Below, in pieces: positions 37,896 through 50,229 of a DNA stretch of 64,000 nt (its first letter is position 1; each line of letters starts with the position of its first letter). The stretch comes from Octopus vulgaris. Lineage: Eukaryota. The notes under the pieces were generated by a model. The model was not told the origin of the DNA. It did not search any database and was given only the letters and a program-made list of their open reading frames with translations. The translations under genes and the position numbers were made by a program. Location: NCBI GenBank assembly GCA_951406725.2, contig OX597819.1, forward strand, positions 13,268,001 through 13,332,000, written 5' to 3'.

Positions 37896-38859
37896 TAACA
37901 TCCTAAGGTTTTTAGAAATTGAAAAGTCAGCTAAAAAGTAATCTAAAGTAATCTCCCTTTAAATTGTAGATCACATGCCAAAGTAGCACCTAAACTTGTT
38001 CCCCACCCCCAAAAAAGGGGATTAAAAAGGGAATGATGTTGTTGAGGTTAACGAATTAAAAGAGATTCCTTTAGACAACATTCACCACTGTTGTTGTTGT
38101 TGTTGATGTTCAGCCCCAGGTCACAGCTGACAGAGGAGACTTATGCAACCTTTGATCATCTCATCCCAACAGTCACAAAGTACCTAGGATTATAATGTCC
38201 AATGTCTCTTTCATTTTACAAAATTGCATGGTATTTTTAAGGGGGGAATTAGCTGCTATTTCTAGAGGACGACTGTATAAATACTGTTTTGTAGATTCAT
38301 AGATTTTGTCATAGAGACAAAACATGTCCATGATGACGCTTCCAATCAGTTAAGATCAGAAGCCATGGGAGCCACTGCTTGGTATTGCATCAGGGCATTT
38401 TTTATTATTATTATTATTATTGTTAAGGTGGCAAGCTGGCAGAATCGTTAGCATGCTGGGCCAAATGTTTAGTGACATTTTGTCTGCCTGCACGTTCTGA
38501 GTTCAAATTCCACTGAGGTCGACTTTGCTTTCATCCTTCCAGGGTCAATAAATTAAGTACCAGTGAAACACTGGAGTCAATGTAATTGACTAGTCCCCAC
38601 CCACAAAATTTCAGGCCTTGGGCCTATTGTAGAAATAATAATTATTATCATTGTTGTTGTTGTTGTTACGTGGCAAGAAGTAAGACAGAAAAACATAATG
38701 GAAAATTTTCAGAAGTTGAAAGATACACATGAAAAAAACTGATAAGGAAACAAGTCTAATTTCAGAATAATTTATACACAGACTCAACTAAATCAATAAT
38801 TATAAGCTATATTTAAATTACTCAAGAAAAAAAAAATAATAAATAGGAAAATTATTTAC

Positions 38860-38992
38860 CGAGTTTGAAAGAGGATGCATGGTACCCCAGACATCAATCA
38901 GTTTTGGATCAAGGCCAATTTCTTCATGTGTTTCTCTAAGAGCTGTGACTGTTAAATCAGCATCACTTCTGTCCATCATTCCTCCAGGAAAA
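38860..38992 (-). CDS. NUDT8: NUDT8-like coding exon 2 (Nudix box)
   Basis: TTTCTAG|T TTT CCT GGA GGA... encodes (S)FPGGMMDRSDADLTVTALRETHEEIGLDPKLIDVWGTMHPLSNS, donor GTAAAT; 133 nt; phases fit both neighbours. Confidence 0.95.
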
Positions 38993-39355
38993 CTAGAAAT
39001 TAATAAGGAAAAAAAAAAGAAGAAAAATGAAAGGTATTGGAAGGGTGATGCATATCCTGCATACAGATAAATTTTTATATACCTGTATAGTTCATCTTCA
39101 ACTGGTAATACTTCCCACCTATGGCACTGCCAACCTAAGGAATTTTTGGAAATGATCCATGGTCGTCAGCCTGAAAATCCTCTCAAACAGCCCAGCTAAC
39201 TGATTTCCATTGATACTCAGAGTTCTCCCTCAAAACATCGCTCTTGCCTGCCATAAACCCTCTATAGAATGTCATACAAGAATTTCCACCAACCACACTG
39301 CCCAGCAGGTAGAGGGCCAGATATCAAGTACCCTGTCTTGGTCTTTCCATTAACC

Positions 39356-39703
39356 CAGTGGTTCTCAACTGGGGTCTGTATGGCCCCTGAGGATCCAGAT
39401 AAGATTTTTGCAGGATTATGCAACAAAATAGTATATCATGGATCCACAATAATACTTTAAGAACCCCTGAAAAAATTTTGGTTCAGATGTCTGTGTTGGT
39501 ATGTATTGCAAGAAAGAGGTCAGATTCTTTCTCTAGCGTTTTCCATAGTTCAACCTTCACAAGTTAATGTGAGGAAAAAAAAAATGGAATTTTGAAAGAA
39601 TTTCTATGAAACTAGTTTTTAAACATTGAATGGCTATAGGGGTCCACCAGAATAAAATGTTAATCAAAGGGGTCCATGGATAAAAAATGGTTGAGAACCC
39701 CTG
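39356..39703. mobile_element. hAT (Charlie-like) MITE
   Basis: TIRs CAGTGGTTCTCAAC / GTTGAGAACCCCTG; perfect 8-bp TSD CATTAACC. Confidence 0.9.
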
Positions 39704-40661
39704 CATTAACCCAAGACTGCAGCTCGTCAAAGAGCTGTGGAAATACCTGTCTCACAAACAGCAACTACACCTGATCATTGTCAAGGAATTGCTGGAGATG
39801 TGTCACCATCAGAGCCAATCAAAGGAACCCCACAGACCCAGGACTAATCAAGGGCGAGTGCTTTCTCCCAGCTATAATCTCCAGTCTATACGTGTATGCC
39901 AAGGGTTAGCCCATTCTTCTAGGCTATTCTTGTCTTATTTATTTTCAGCAAATTTACTGGAGAACAGCACCTCCCTCTCCATCCAATCTCTCCGTCTAAG
40001 GGAAATTTTAAGGAATTGATGACTCTTGGCTGAAGAGAAATTTGTGTATCGTGTGTCCTTTAAATGTCTTCTATCATACAATCTCTTTTAGCATAGCCAC
40101 TGGGCAAAGAAAAACTGCCTGACGTTCTAGAACTGGCAATTTTTCATCATGATCCTCACAAAAGACTTGGCTTAGGGTCTTATCTGTATAATAACAACAA
40201 CAGCTATTATCCAGTCTAATGTATAAAGACTGATCTATCAGTAACTACATTGTTTGATTGTTAAGGGACTGTGATCCCCTGATAAAACTCCAGATAATAG
40301 TAGTATTCTCTTAAAACAGTGTCAATATTTTCTTATCAATGATATAGATGTAGGGTTTTAAAGGTTAAATCTCAAATCAAACTTGTTTTCAGGCTGCACA
40401 ACTGAAAGTCTCCATATGTTCAGTCCGAACAAAGGGAGATAATCTCTCTGGAATAATACACATAGAGATAGAGAGAGTAAAAGGGAGATACAGAAAGAGA
40501 GAGAGAGTCATCATGGAAGGGCAGGCTTGGGAACACGCAGTGAATAAAAGAATGCTCAATATATACAAACACAAACCATAACTGGACACAGTAAGAAAGA
40601 AGGAATGAGAGAGAAACAAGAAGGGGAGGAGTAACTGATAGAATAGTTAAAGGAGGAAGTA

Positions 40662-41173
40662 CCGTAAATCCTCGAGTATAATCCGCACTTTTCCCCCAAA
40701 ATTTAAAGGTCAAAATCCCTAGTGCGTATTATACACGAGGTTAAAAATGAAAATTATTTTCTAAGCAATGTCCAAGTCTCTATTTGCTGTCCGGCAATGT
40801 TTATTCAGACGCATTTTGTGATGTCGGGTGCGAAAATACATTAAGCTAAGCCTGAAAGCAATGAAGTCATAAAAGAATCATCCATAACTTGCAGTTAGCA
40901 ACATTTATTAAACGTTATTACTGTTATTTCTTTATTTTCTGCAAACAAAATGCACAAAAAAGCTACACGTTTGCATTATGTTATATATACAATAATAATA
41001 AAGGACGTTACCATATACAGTTTTACAAACCAAGGACGGTATATAGACCTCCTTGACTCAAGTTAGAGAAGGGGTGCGTATTATACACAAGGTTTAGGTT
41101 TTTCAGAGGTACAGCCCCCTAAAAATCCCCAGCGTATTATATTCAAGGGCGGACTATACTCAAGGATTTACGG
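40662..41173. mobile_element. Tc1/mariner-superfamily (pogo/Tc2-like) MITE
   Basis: TA|CCGTAAATCCTCGAGTATAATCCGC ... GCGGACTATACTCAAGGATTTACGG|TA, with subterminal GCGTATTATA repeats. Confidence 0.85.
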
Positions 41174-41295
41174 TATGCAAATGAGAAATTTGTTTTGTTT
41201 AATTTCTAAGTAATAAATATTTTTGCTTTGGAAATATGTTTCATTTGTATAAGCACCAAGAAATATGATAAAAGTTACATTATAATTATTGATAT

Positions 41296-41722
41296 CACCA
41301 TCATCATCGTTTATCGTTCTTTTCCATGCTGGCATGGGTTGGACGGTTTGGCTGCAATCTGGAGAGCCAGAACCTGCACCAGGCTCCAATCTGATCTGGC
41401 AATATTTCTACAGCTGGATGCCTCTCCTAACGCTAGCCACTCCAAGAATGTAGTGGGTGCTGGCATCGATCACATTCAGATGGTACTTTTTACATGCCAC
41501 CAGCACAAGAGCCAGTCAGAGGGTACTGGCATCAGCCATGATCGGTTGGTGCTTTTTACGTGCCACTGGCATGGGATCCACTCAGACAGCCCTGGCATCA
41601 ACCACGTTCGGATAGTGATTTTTACGTGGCACCGTCACAGGAGCCAATCTGGGAGTACTGGCATCGGCCACGTTCGGTTGTTGCTTTTTACGTGCCACCA
41701 GCACGGGAGCCAGTCAGACGGA
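41296..41722 (-). mobile_element. RTE LINE 3' UTR fragment with ~55-bp tandem repeats
   Basis: Same family as 737-1120; accounts for the spurious 219-aa ORF. Confidence 0.7.
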
Positions 41723-41914
41723 CCTTTGGGCTGGCTGGTGCCCACTCTCCCTTGCTATCATGAGGCTTTTTTGGAGCTAGATTTTCTACAGGGAGCATGC
41801 CCTTGCTTACCCCCAACCTCAGTTTCTAGACATGAGTGGTCATGGGACCAAGGCCTCTACCAGGAAATCAGGGATGCTACTCTCTGAGATCCCTTTTGGA
41901 GTCCCCTACCTGAT

Positions 41915-42510
41915 ATCAAAATTTAAATGGAAATTGTAGTTATGATACCCGTGCCAGTGGCACATAAAAAGCACCGTCCAAACGTGGCTGATGCCAGCGC
42001 TGCCTGACGGTTGTCCATGTTGGTGACACATAATATGCCCCAACCGATCGTGGCCATTTGCCGGACCCCTCTGGCCCCTGTGCAGGTGGCACGTAAAAAG
42101 CACCTGCTACACTCACGGAGTAGTTGGCGTTAGGAAGGGCATCCAGCTGTAGAAACACTGCCAGATCGGACTGGAGCCTGGTGCAGCCTCCTGGCTTCCC
42201 AGACCCCGGTCAAACCTATTTCTTTACTACCCACAAGGGGCTAAACACAGAGAGGACAAACAAGGACAGACATAGGTATTAAGTCGATTACATCGACCCC
42301 AGTGCATAACTGGTACTTAATTTATCGACCCCGAAAGGATGAAAGGCAAAGTCGACCTCGGCGGAATTTGAACTCACAACGTAACGGCAGACGAAATATC
42401 GCTAAGCATTTCGCCCGGCGTGCTAACGTTTCTGCCAGCTCGCCTTAAACCGTCGAACCCATGCTAGCATGGAAAACGGACGTTAAATGATGATGACGAT
42501 GATGATGATC
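41915..42510 (+). mobile_element. RTE 3' UTR fragment with nested family B SINE (about 42218-42446, minus strand)
   Basis: RTE tail motifs interrupted at AAACC, which appears on both sides of the SINE. Confidence 0.8.
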
Positions 42511-42516
42511 ACTCAC

Positions 42517-42962
42517 CTTACTTCTCCACGATGATTCTTCAAGTGAATTGACCGAAGTGTAAGCAGTAAAGAAAGCTGCCCATCTATCATACACATTGGT
42601 ATTAAAATTGCTGCTCTTTTAAAACCTTTCTTTAATGGCAAATTACGCACTGGTTTGACCAGTTGCATGCTTTTCTGTGTTCTTTGTTTGTTGGCAGAAG
42701 AAACAAGATCATTGAATTTACAGGGGACATCAGACAAGTAGCGGAGCTGGTTGTGTTGGGGGCCTTGCAATTGTTTTTGTTTGATAGGGAACCAATGTGA
42801 GTTTGGGAAACCATATTTGGTGAACTTGAAAGATGAAGGATTTCTTGCTGCAGATGCATTGTGAATCTGTCGAAAGTTTGTGATATGTTGATCACAGAAT
42901 TGTTTAAGTCTTTTACAACAACGTGGGTAGAGCAAAAGATATTTTTGGCAGTGAACTTTCAT
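42517..42962 (-). CDS. NUDT8: NUDT8-like first coding exon
   Basis: Acceptor TTTGCAG| with exon start at 42984, ATG at 42962, ends RAAILIPMC..LLLTLRSIHLKNHRGEV + AG|GTGAGT (CoA-binding motif of NUDT7/8). Spliced CDS is 885 nt, 294 aa. Confidence 0.92.
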
Positions 42963-43320
42963 TTCAGAAATAACAGGCAACAATCTGCAAAGAAATAAAG
43001 AATAAATGCTAAAGAGAGTTTCTTGTTTTTGTCATTCTTCAAAAAGAAATATGGTTTTGATATTATGATAATAACAAGTAGAATTATAACATTGATAATA
43101 ATAATAATCCTTTCTACTATAGGCACAAGGCCTGAAATCTTTTGAGGAGGGGGATAGTCAATTGCATCAGCCCCAGTGCTTAACTGGGGCTTATTCTATC
43201 AAACCTGAAAGGATGAGGGGCAAAGTCAACCCTGACAGAATTTGAACTCAGAACATAAAGGCAGATAAAATACTGCTAAGCATTTTGCCTGGTATGCAAA
43301 CAATTCTGCCAGCTCGCATT

Positions 43321-43800
43321 CTAAAGAGAGTATTGTCTCTTTGAGTCACAGGAGAAGGCACTACTTGAAATCTTTGGTGATTTGTTATTGCCTGCTTTCA
43401 AGTAAAGAACAACCGCAAATAGAACAGTGAGAATCGAAACATCAACAACAACAACAATAATAATAATAATGAGTTCAAAGAATGGATCTTCATTGACATA
43501 GCTATAACTGCAGACTAGAATATCGTGAAGACAGAGTATGAAAAAGTCAGGAAGTACCAAGACCTAGCTTTGGAAGCGACATGTATCCATAAAGCCCCAA
43601 AAGTGAGTGTGGTGCCTACTGTGATCAATGCACTTGGGATCATCTCAAAGAAAGCAATATTCTGGCATCAAAAGCTGCAAATACCAAACTTCTTAGGAAG
43701 TGCTCAATTAGCAGCAATACTTGGAACAGCTCATGTGTTGAGAAAAGTGTTGCATTTCTAGGCTAGGGGAAGATGCCGAGATGCAACATAGGCATAATAA
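43321..43800 (+). mobile_element. 3' end of an RLE-type non-LTR retrotransposon (R4/Dong-like)
   Basis: EKVRKYQDLALE..VSVVPTVINALG..QLAAILGTAHVLRKVL*, short 3' UTR ending in TAATAA. Confidence 0.7.
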
Positions 43801-43899
43801 TTCTTTCTACTATAGGCATAAAGCTTCAATTTGGCGGGAGGGGGCTAGTTAGTTATATTAACTCCAGGACTTAATCTATATTTTGGGCCACACGGAGGC

Positions 43900-44258
43900 A
43901 AGGTGGCCAATGTGGGTGGCACGTGAAAAGTACCTTTCAAGTGTTGGACCTCACGGAGACAATGACGAATGACCAAGACCTTTGGCATTATGTCGTGCTT
44001 GAGAAGAAGACCCATCAAGCCAAGCTAAATCGCAGTCGTGGCAGATAACGGTGTCACGCAAATGGCACCTGTGCCGGTGGCTTGTAAAAGCATCCGTTAC
44101 ACTCTTCGAGTGGTTGGCATTAGAAAGGGCATCCAGCTGTAGAAACACTGCCAAATCAGACTGGAGTCTGGTGCAGCCTTCCAGCTTGCCAGCTCTGGTC
44201 AAACTGTCCAACTCATGCCAGCATGGACAATGGACATTAAATGATGATGATGATGATG
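43900..44258 (+). mobile_element. RTE LINE 3' UTR fragment
   Basis: GGGCATCCAGCTGTAGAAAC and (GAT)n tail. Confidence 0.7.
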
Positions 44259-44847
44259 AACCCTTAAGAGATGAAAGGCAAAGTCAGCTTTGGTGGGATT
44301 TGAACACAGAAACTAAAGAACTAGAAGAAATGCTGCTAAGCACTTCCTTTGGTGTGATAAAAATTCTACCACCCCACCAATAATAATAATAACAACAATG
44401 ATTCTGTCTACTTTAGGTACAAGGCCTGAAATTTGGGGGAAGGGGGTCTCATTGATTACATTGACCCCCAGTGCTTCACTGAAACTTATTTTATCAATCC
44501 CCAAAAAATGAATGGCAAAGTCGAACTGAGAGGAATTAGAACTCAAATGCAAAGCTACAAAAAATGCTGCAATACATTTTAATCCAGTGAGCTCATGATT
44601 CTGCCTGACGGCTGCCTTTCTTTTTCAAAAAGGATCTAAAGTCTTTCCCAAGCTGTAGGCTCCTGAAGCTGGTTTCCTGGATTCTGTGCTGTATACATTT
44701 ATTTCCTGGAAGGGATACCAGTCCATCGGAGGATTACACATCTTTGCCAGTCAAGGGAACTGGAGCGTTGGGAAATAAATTATTTTGTTGAAGAACACAA
44801 TGCATCGCCTGATTAAGGAATCGAAACCACAATCTATATGATTGATT

Positions 44848-44913
<66 letters not shown>

Positions 44914-44989
44914 TAGGTAGATAGATAGGTAGATGGATGGGAAGATAGATAGGTGGGTAGATAGGTAGGCAGATAGGTAGGTAGGTGGG

Positions 44990-45036
<47 letters not shown>

Positions 45037-45136
45037 GTAGATAGGTAGATAGATAGATAGATAGATAGATAGACAGACAGACACAGAAAGGGAGAGAGAG
45101 AGAGAGACATACATACATGCGCGCACGCACACACAC
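44848..45136. repeat. Compound (GATA)n/(GA)n/(GGTA)n microsatellite
   Basis: Visible directly. Confidence 0.97.
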
Positions 45137-45670
45137 AAATGAATTCTTTCCATCTATGATTATTTGTCAATGTTTCCTCTTTACTATTTCTAATAGCAAA
45201 CTCTTGTATTGTTGGACTACTTTACTCTGATTAAGAAGTTGGGAGTTTAAGAGTTCGATTGGTGCTTATCTGTTCTATGTTTGCCCTAGCATCTTCTCAC
45301 CCACGTACGTACGCATGTATGAATGTATGAAAGGATCTTCAGATGCTGGGCCTCACCGAGGAAACGACACGGGACCGGGGGTTGTTGCAATATGTTGTAC
45401 TTGAGAAGACGAGTCGGGTTAAGTAAAATCGCTGCCACCCAAACACACAAGCTTGTCCTTTACGGGTGCCGGTATCACGTAAATGGGCACTCGTGCTGGA
45501 GCTGTGTAAACGCACCAGTGCTGGTGGCACGTTAAAGGTAACCAGCACACTCTAGCCGTAGAAACTATGCCAAAACAGATGATTAAAATCTGGAAAGCTC
45601 CCCGACAGGCCAGCTCCTGTCAACCGTACAACCCATACCAGCATAGAAAACGGACGTTAAACGATAATGA

Positions 45671-45701
<31 letters not shown>

Positions 45702-46145
45702 ATGTGAGAGAGAGAGGGGGATACAGAGAGGGGGAGAGCGATACAGAGAGGGGGAGAGAGATACAGAGAGAGATGGGCTTTGCCATTGACTTCGTCCAGT
45801 TATTCAATCAAACAGATGACCAGCACAATGCAATGACGTATGAAGTGGTTGAATATTCCCCAGACACATATACTTCTAGTAATTTCTCTGAATCAACGTT
45901 ATACAGTGGAACAAGAGTACATCTCTGAACAACAAGTACGATCCATCTGACGGTAACGACACTCGTTCAACATACCACATAGTGAGATCGAATCCAGGAC
46001 CTCACAGTTGGAAAGCAAATCTCTTAACTATTTGCTCACGCTTACGAGGACATGAACTCAGGGCTGCGGTGAAGGAAAACCAGTTTCGAACTCGGCCATC
46101 CAGTCCCACTTCTAAAGTCAACAGTACAGCGTTTTAGTCTCCCTC

Positions 46146-46634
<489 letters not shown>

Positions 46635-46704
46635 AGAAAAACATACACGTAATGAAAGTAATAATAATAAGCGTTTAAATGTTTGAGACACGTTTGCTAC
46701 TCAC

Positions 46705-46860
46705 GTGAAGAATGAACAGATAAAGGTTGGCTAATGACAATCAGGGAAAATCAGTAAATTCTTCGGCGAAATTATAGAGATCTGCACTTGTCTTCTTGTT
46801 TCACCTTGGGTCGACACTTACAGAACCACCCCGGTCACTGCGTATATAGGGTTAGGATTC
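46705..46860 (-). promoter_or_regulatory. Candidate non-coding first exon / promoter region of the NUDT8-like gene
   Basis: The first coding exon has a splice acceptor, so an upstream exon must exist. This unique, CpG-richer stretch has minus-strand donor-like sites GTGAGT (46704-46699) and GTAAGT (46821-46816). Confidence 0.35.
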
Positions 46861-47250
46861 GTTATATAATGTATCCTTCTCCTTTTCGTGTCAGTAGTGT
46901 GTAATTTGGTAGATATCTGGTTGCTATTTCTCCTAATTCGAATGACCTCTCACGTTGGTTTTATAACGTAATGTCTTTCATAACGGTGTGAACAGAAATA
47001 CCGGGGACTTTAATGTTAAAAGGGACTTATTTGACATAGATCCGTCTTCTTATAAACAATGTTTAATTAACTTGTTTACTTAGTTACACATTTGCTGTAA
47101 CTAAATATTATATACGTTTAATTAAGCTAATTAAACAATGTCATTGCTTATTTTTATTTTTCAGAGGCATATTTGTAAGTTTTTAAGATAGATTCCGTCG
47201 GTACGGTTTCTGACTTAGCAGTTCGGCAGGATTGAATAATAAAAATACAA

Positions 47251-47542
47251 GGTGCTACTTGAGAAGAGTGGTCCCGGTGCGCGCACTCGCGCTAGCTAGT
47301 CGTGACTAGTCGATCCTAGAACAACTACCTAGCTAAGTAAATAAAACACAAAATACATAATTTTTTTACACAAAGTAAATAATTTTTGTTAAACAAAGTA
47401 AATAAAACACAAAAACACAAAGTAAATAATTTTTTAAAAAAAGTAAATAACACAAAGTAAGGATCGACTTGTCATGACTAACTAGCTCGGATGCGCGAAT
47501 ACGCGAGTGCGCGCACCGGGACCACTCTTTTCAAGTAGTACC
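47251..47542. mobile_element. MITE with long GC-rich TIRs (Mutator-like)
   Basis: GGT(G/A)CTACTTGA(G/A)AAGAGTGGTCCCGGTGCGCGCACTCGCG inverted at both ends, AT-rich core, imperfect 9-bp flanks AAAATACAA/GAAAAACAA. Confidence 0.75.
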
Positions 47543-48258
47543 GAAAAACAAGTTCTGCTGCGGATAAAACTAGCAAGATAAAAAGTTGAATGAATTTTTG
47601 GATCAAAAATATTTCATACATCAGCACAAATATACAAAATTATAGGAGGAAATTAAGAGCGAATGGGCATCACAGATTAATATAGAAGAGAGTTGGTGAT
47701 TAACAGTAAATGAAGAAAGCCCATTCGGGTACTTAATGTAAGAATATTTCACTTTCAAGGGATCGCGGTGATGTATAATGCGGTGCCCCAGCGTGGCCGC
47801 AGGCAAATGAGTAAAATCAGTTATAGAAAATAAAAGAATAAATACAAACCCAACTCATTTCATACGAAGTGGATCATAGGCGATTGTGACATAATGTGTA
47901 TACAGTAGTTGAGTATTTTGTTATTATATACCATAATTATTTTGATAACGAACCCTCTGCAATACAATAAGAATAATTTAAAAGTCAATGTTCACATTTT
48001 TGTTGTCATCGTAATTATTAACGCTATCCTGTTATCACGATAATTATATTATATTATCATGAGAAGTAGTTCCATTACATTTATGCAGTTAATGCAGTAC
48101 AAACAGGCTGTCTTAGATTAAGATTCAAATCGTACTTTCTTCTTCTACGGGAAGGTAATATAATTAATACAGAAGAATTAATTTAAGCACGTCCCAGTCG
48201 CCATAACACTTTGAGGAAGCAAAAATATCACCTTTATTTTGAGTGTATATTACGTAGT

Positions 48259-48330
48259 TCCCAAGTGGTCTAGTGGTTAGGATTCCGCGCTCTCACCGCG
48301 GCGGCCGGGGTTCGATTCCCCGCTTGGGAA
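48259..48330 (+). tRNA. tRNA-Glu(CTC)
   Basis: 72 nt; acceptor stem TCCCAAG/CTTGGGA, anticodon arm CCGCG-CTCTCAC-CGCGG, T arm CGGGG-TTCGATT-CCCCG, T-run terminator from 48337. Confidence 0.97.
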
Positions 48331-48491
48331 AGCTACTTTTTGTTTTTCTTTTGAATTGCCAAAAAGATTGGAACAAAACGCTAGAATACTAATTTTTGTA
48401 TCGGGTGACAAATATTACATCTCGTATTACTTACTCTTATTTTCTTTTAGAAAGTGAAGCAAACGATAAAATATTAAAAGAAGATGCATAT

Positions 48492-48563
48492 TTCCCAAGC
48501 GGGGAATCGAACCCCGGCCGCCGCGGTGAGAGCGCGGAATCCTAACCACTAGACCACTTGGGA
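48492..48563 (-). tRNA. tRNA-Glu(CTC), identical copy
   Basis: Exact reverse complement of 48259-48330 with different flanks and a downstream TTTT. Confidence 0.97.
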
Positions 48564-49254
48564 AACACAAGGACTAACTTTATCAAATAAACATATTATT
48601 ATTATTTTCTTTTCATAACTGCTTCTATCTTTTAAACTTTTTGGTCATTCTCCCGATCAAGCACACTCATGATCAAAGACATTCCAGCATTGACCGTCTC
48701 ATCTTTTGTCTCGTATAGTGTGTCAAAGACTCCTCTACTCAATTTTCTAGGGTCGTAATTGTTTTGCGAGGTGACTGAAGGAGTAAAACAAAGACATAGC
48801 GTTAAGAAAGCTAACACAAACACTCTTGTATTCACTTTTCTTTTAATATTAATTAACTAATATCCCACAGTCTTTAGTTGTTAATGGTATTTTTCCTTCT
48901 CTGTATCGCTGTCTACGCAACGTAATAACCACGGTCCGTGGGATTATTGCTAAGTACAATAATAGACCAACTTGGAAGTAGTCAGTGGACATAGACTGGA
49001 TCTTGTAAGTACAGCCGTCTCTTATTGGAGGTTTATTCGTGGAACCTGGCCCCAGCAGTGACAAAACGATTGTTCTAGTGTACCCCAGCCATCCATATAT
49101 TCTAACGAACGGTATTAGGGCACAAGAAAGTAGAGGAAGTCTTACGTGAAGATACTGGGTTAGTCTCAGTTGTTATCAAAATAGCTGCAACAGAGCAGAC
49201 TTCACTAATCTCTCTCAAAGAGTTACGATGTGGTTGCTTAGATCTATCTTTACT

Positions 49255-49388
49255 TTCTTCTTCTTCTTCTTCTTCTTCTTCTTCTTCTTCTTCTTCTTCT
49301 TCTTCTTCTTCTTCTTCTTCTTCTTCTTCTTCTTCTTCTTCTTCTTCTTCTTCTTCTTCTTCTTCTTCTTCTTCTTCTTCTTCTTCTA
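49255..49388. repeat. (TTC)n microsatellite
   Basis: Pure trinucleotide tract; source of the poly-E and poly-F ORFs. Confidence 0.97.
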
Positions 49389-50229
49389 TCTCTTTATTTC
49401 TGTCTTGTTCTCCGTCTACTTGCATACCTGCCTATCTACGTACCATTTTATCCATCTACCCGTGCTAAGCTGGGATCTCTTCACCCTTTTATTTAATTTT
49501 CCTTCCATTAAATTTTCTTTTCGTGATTTGATCAAGGACCCGAAGATAGCAAAAAAAGGAGATAAAAAGAAAAAGGGATACAATGGAAAGGGAAAAGAGA
49601 GCGCGGGAGCAAGAAACAAAAAGAAAATGGAGGTGAGGAGTAAGGAAGACAGATGAGGAGAGGAATAAACCATTCCGAGACAGCGATGGCATTCAGGCAC
49701 TTAAATTTTGGTGTGGTGGGGGTGGAGGTGGAGGGGGTGAATCGTTGTACCATACTCGAACCCTCTCCTCAAATGCTTTCTGGTTTTTTCCCCCACAGTT
49801 CTTAACCTGTACGTTAATGGAGTGACAGTGGTTATCAGAATGAGTTTCAACTACACCAATTTGTTTATTGGTTACTTCGAACCCCTGATCTTTACCCCAA
49901 AACTGGGCTGGGACCGCGCACAGAGGAGTTACCAAGTTCTAAAGTTAGCGGCGAGCGAGCGAGCGAGCACATAAGCACCATGACACATACTAAACAATTT
50001 TAGCTCATTTCTTTTATATTACGCGAAATATTTCATTAGTTAGATTATACTTAATTGTATTCTACATTCACTAATCTCATTTTCCGTAACAATGTCTTGT
50101 ATGAAACTTATAATTACCGATATTTGTTTTTCCATAATACAAGTTTTTACAAAAGAATGACAAAGAAAAGGCGGTACTTTTTCGTTATCTCGCCCCCATT
50201 CTCTCAGTAAGAGAGAAGGTCCCACGACT

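Noticed and set aside
39030-40200. Unique-looking intronic sequence around the hAT MITE
   Set aside because: Probably an old TE remnant; I could not recover any diagnostic motif.
41228-41887. 219-aa repetitive ORF; ~55-bp repeats superficially like a CRISPR array
   Set aside because: Degenerate tandem repeats of the RTE 3' UTR with no unique spacers and no cas genes, in a eukaryotic context.
49102-49656. Poly-Glu and poly-Phe ORFs
   Set aside because: Produced by the (TTC)n tract; no supporting splice or domain evidence.
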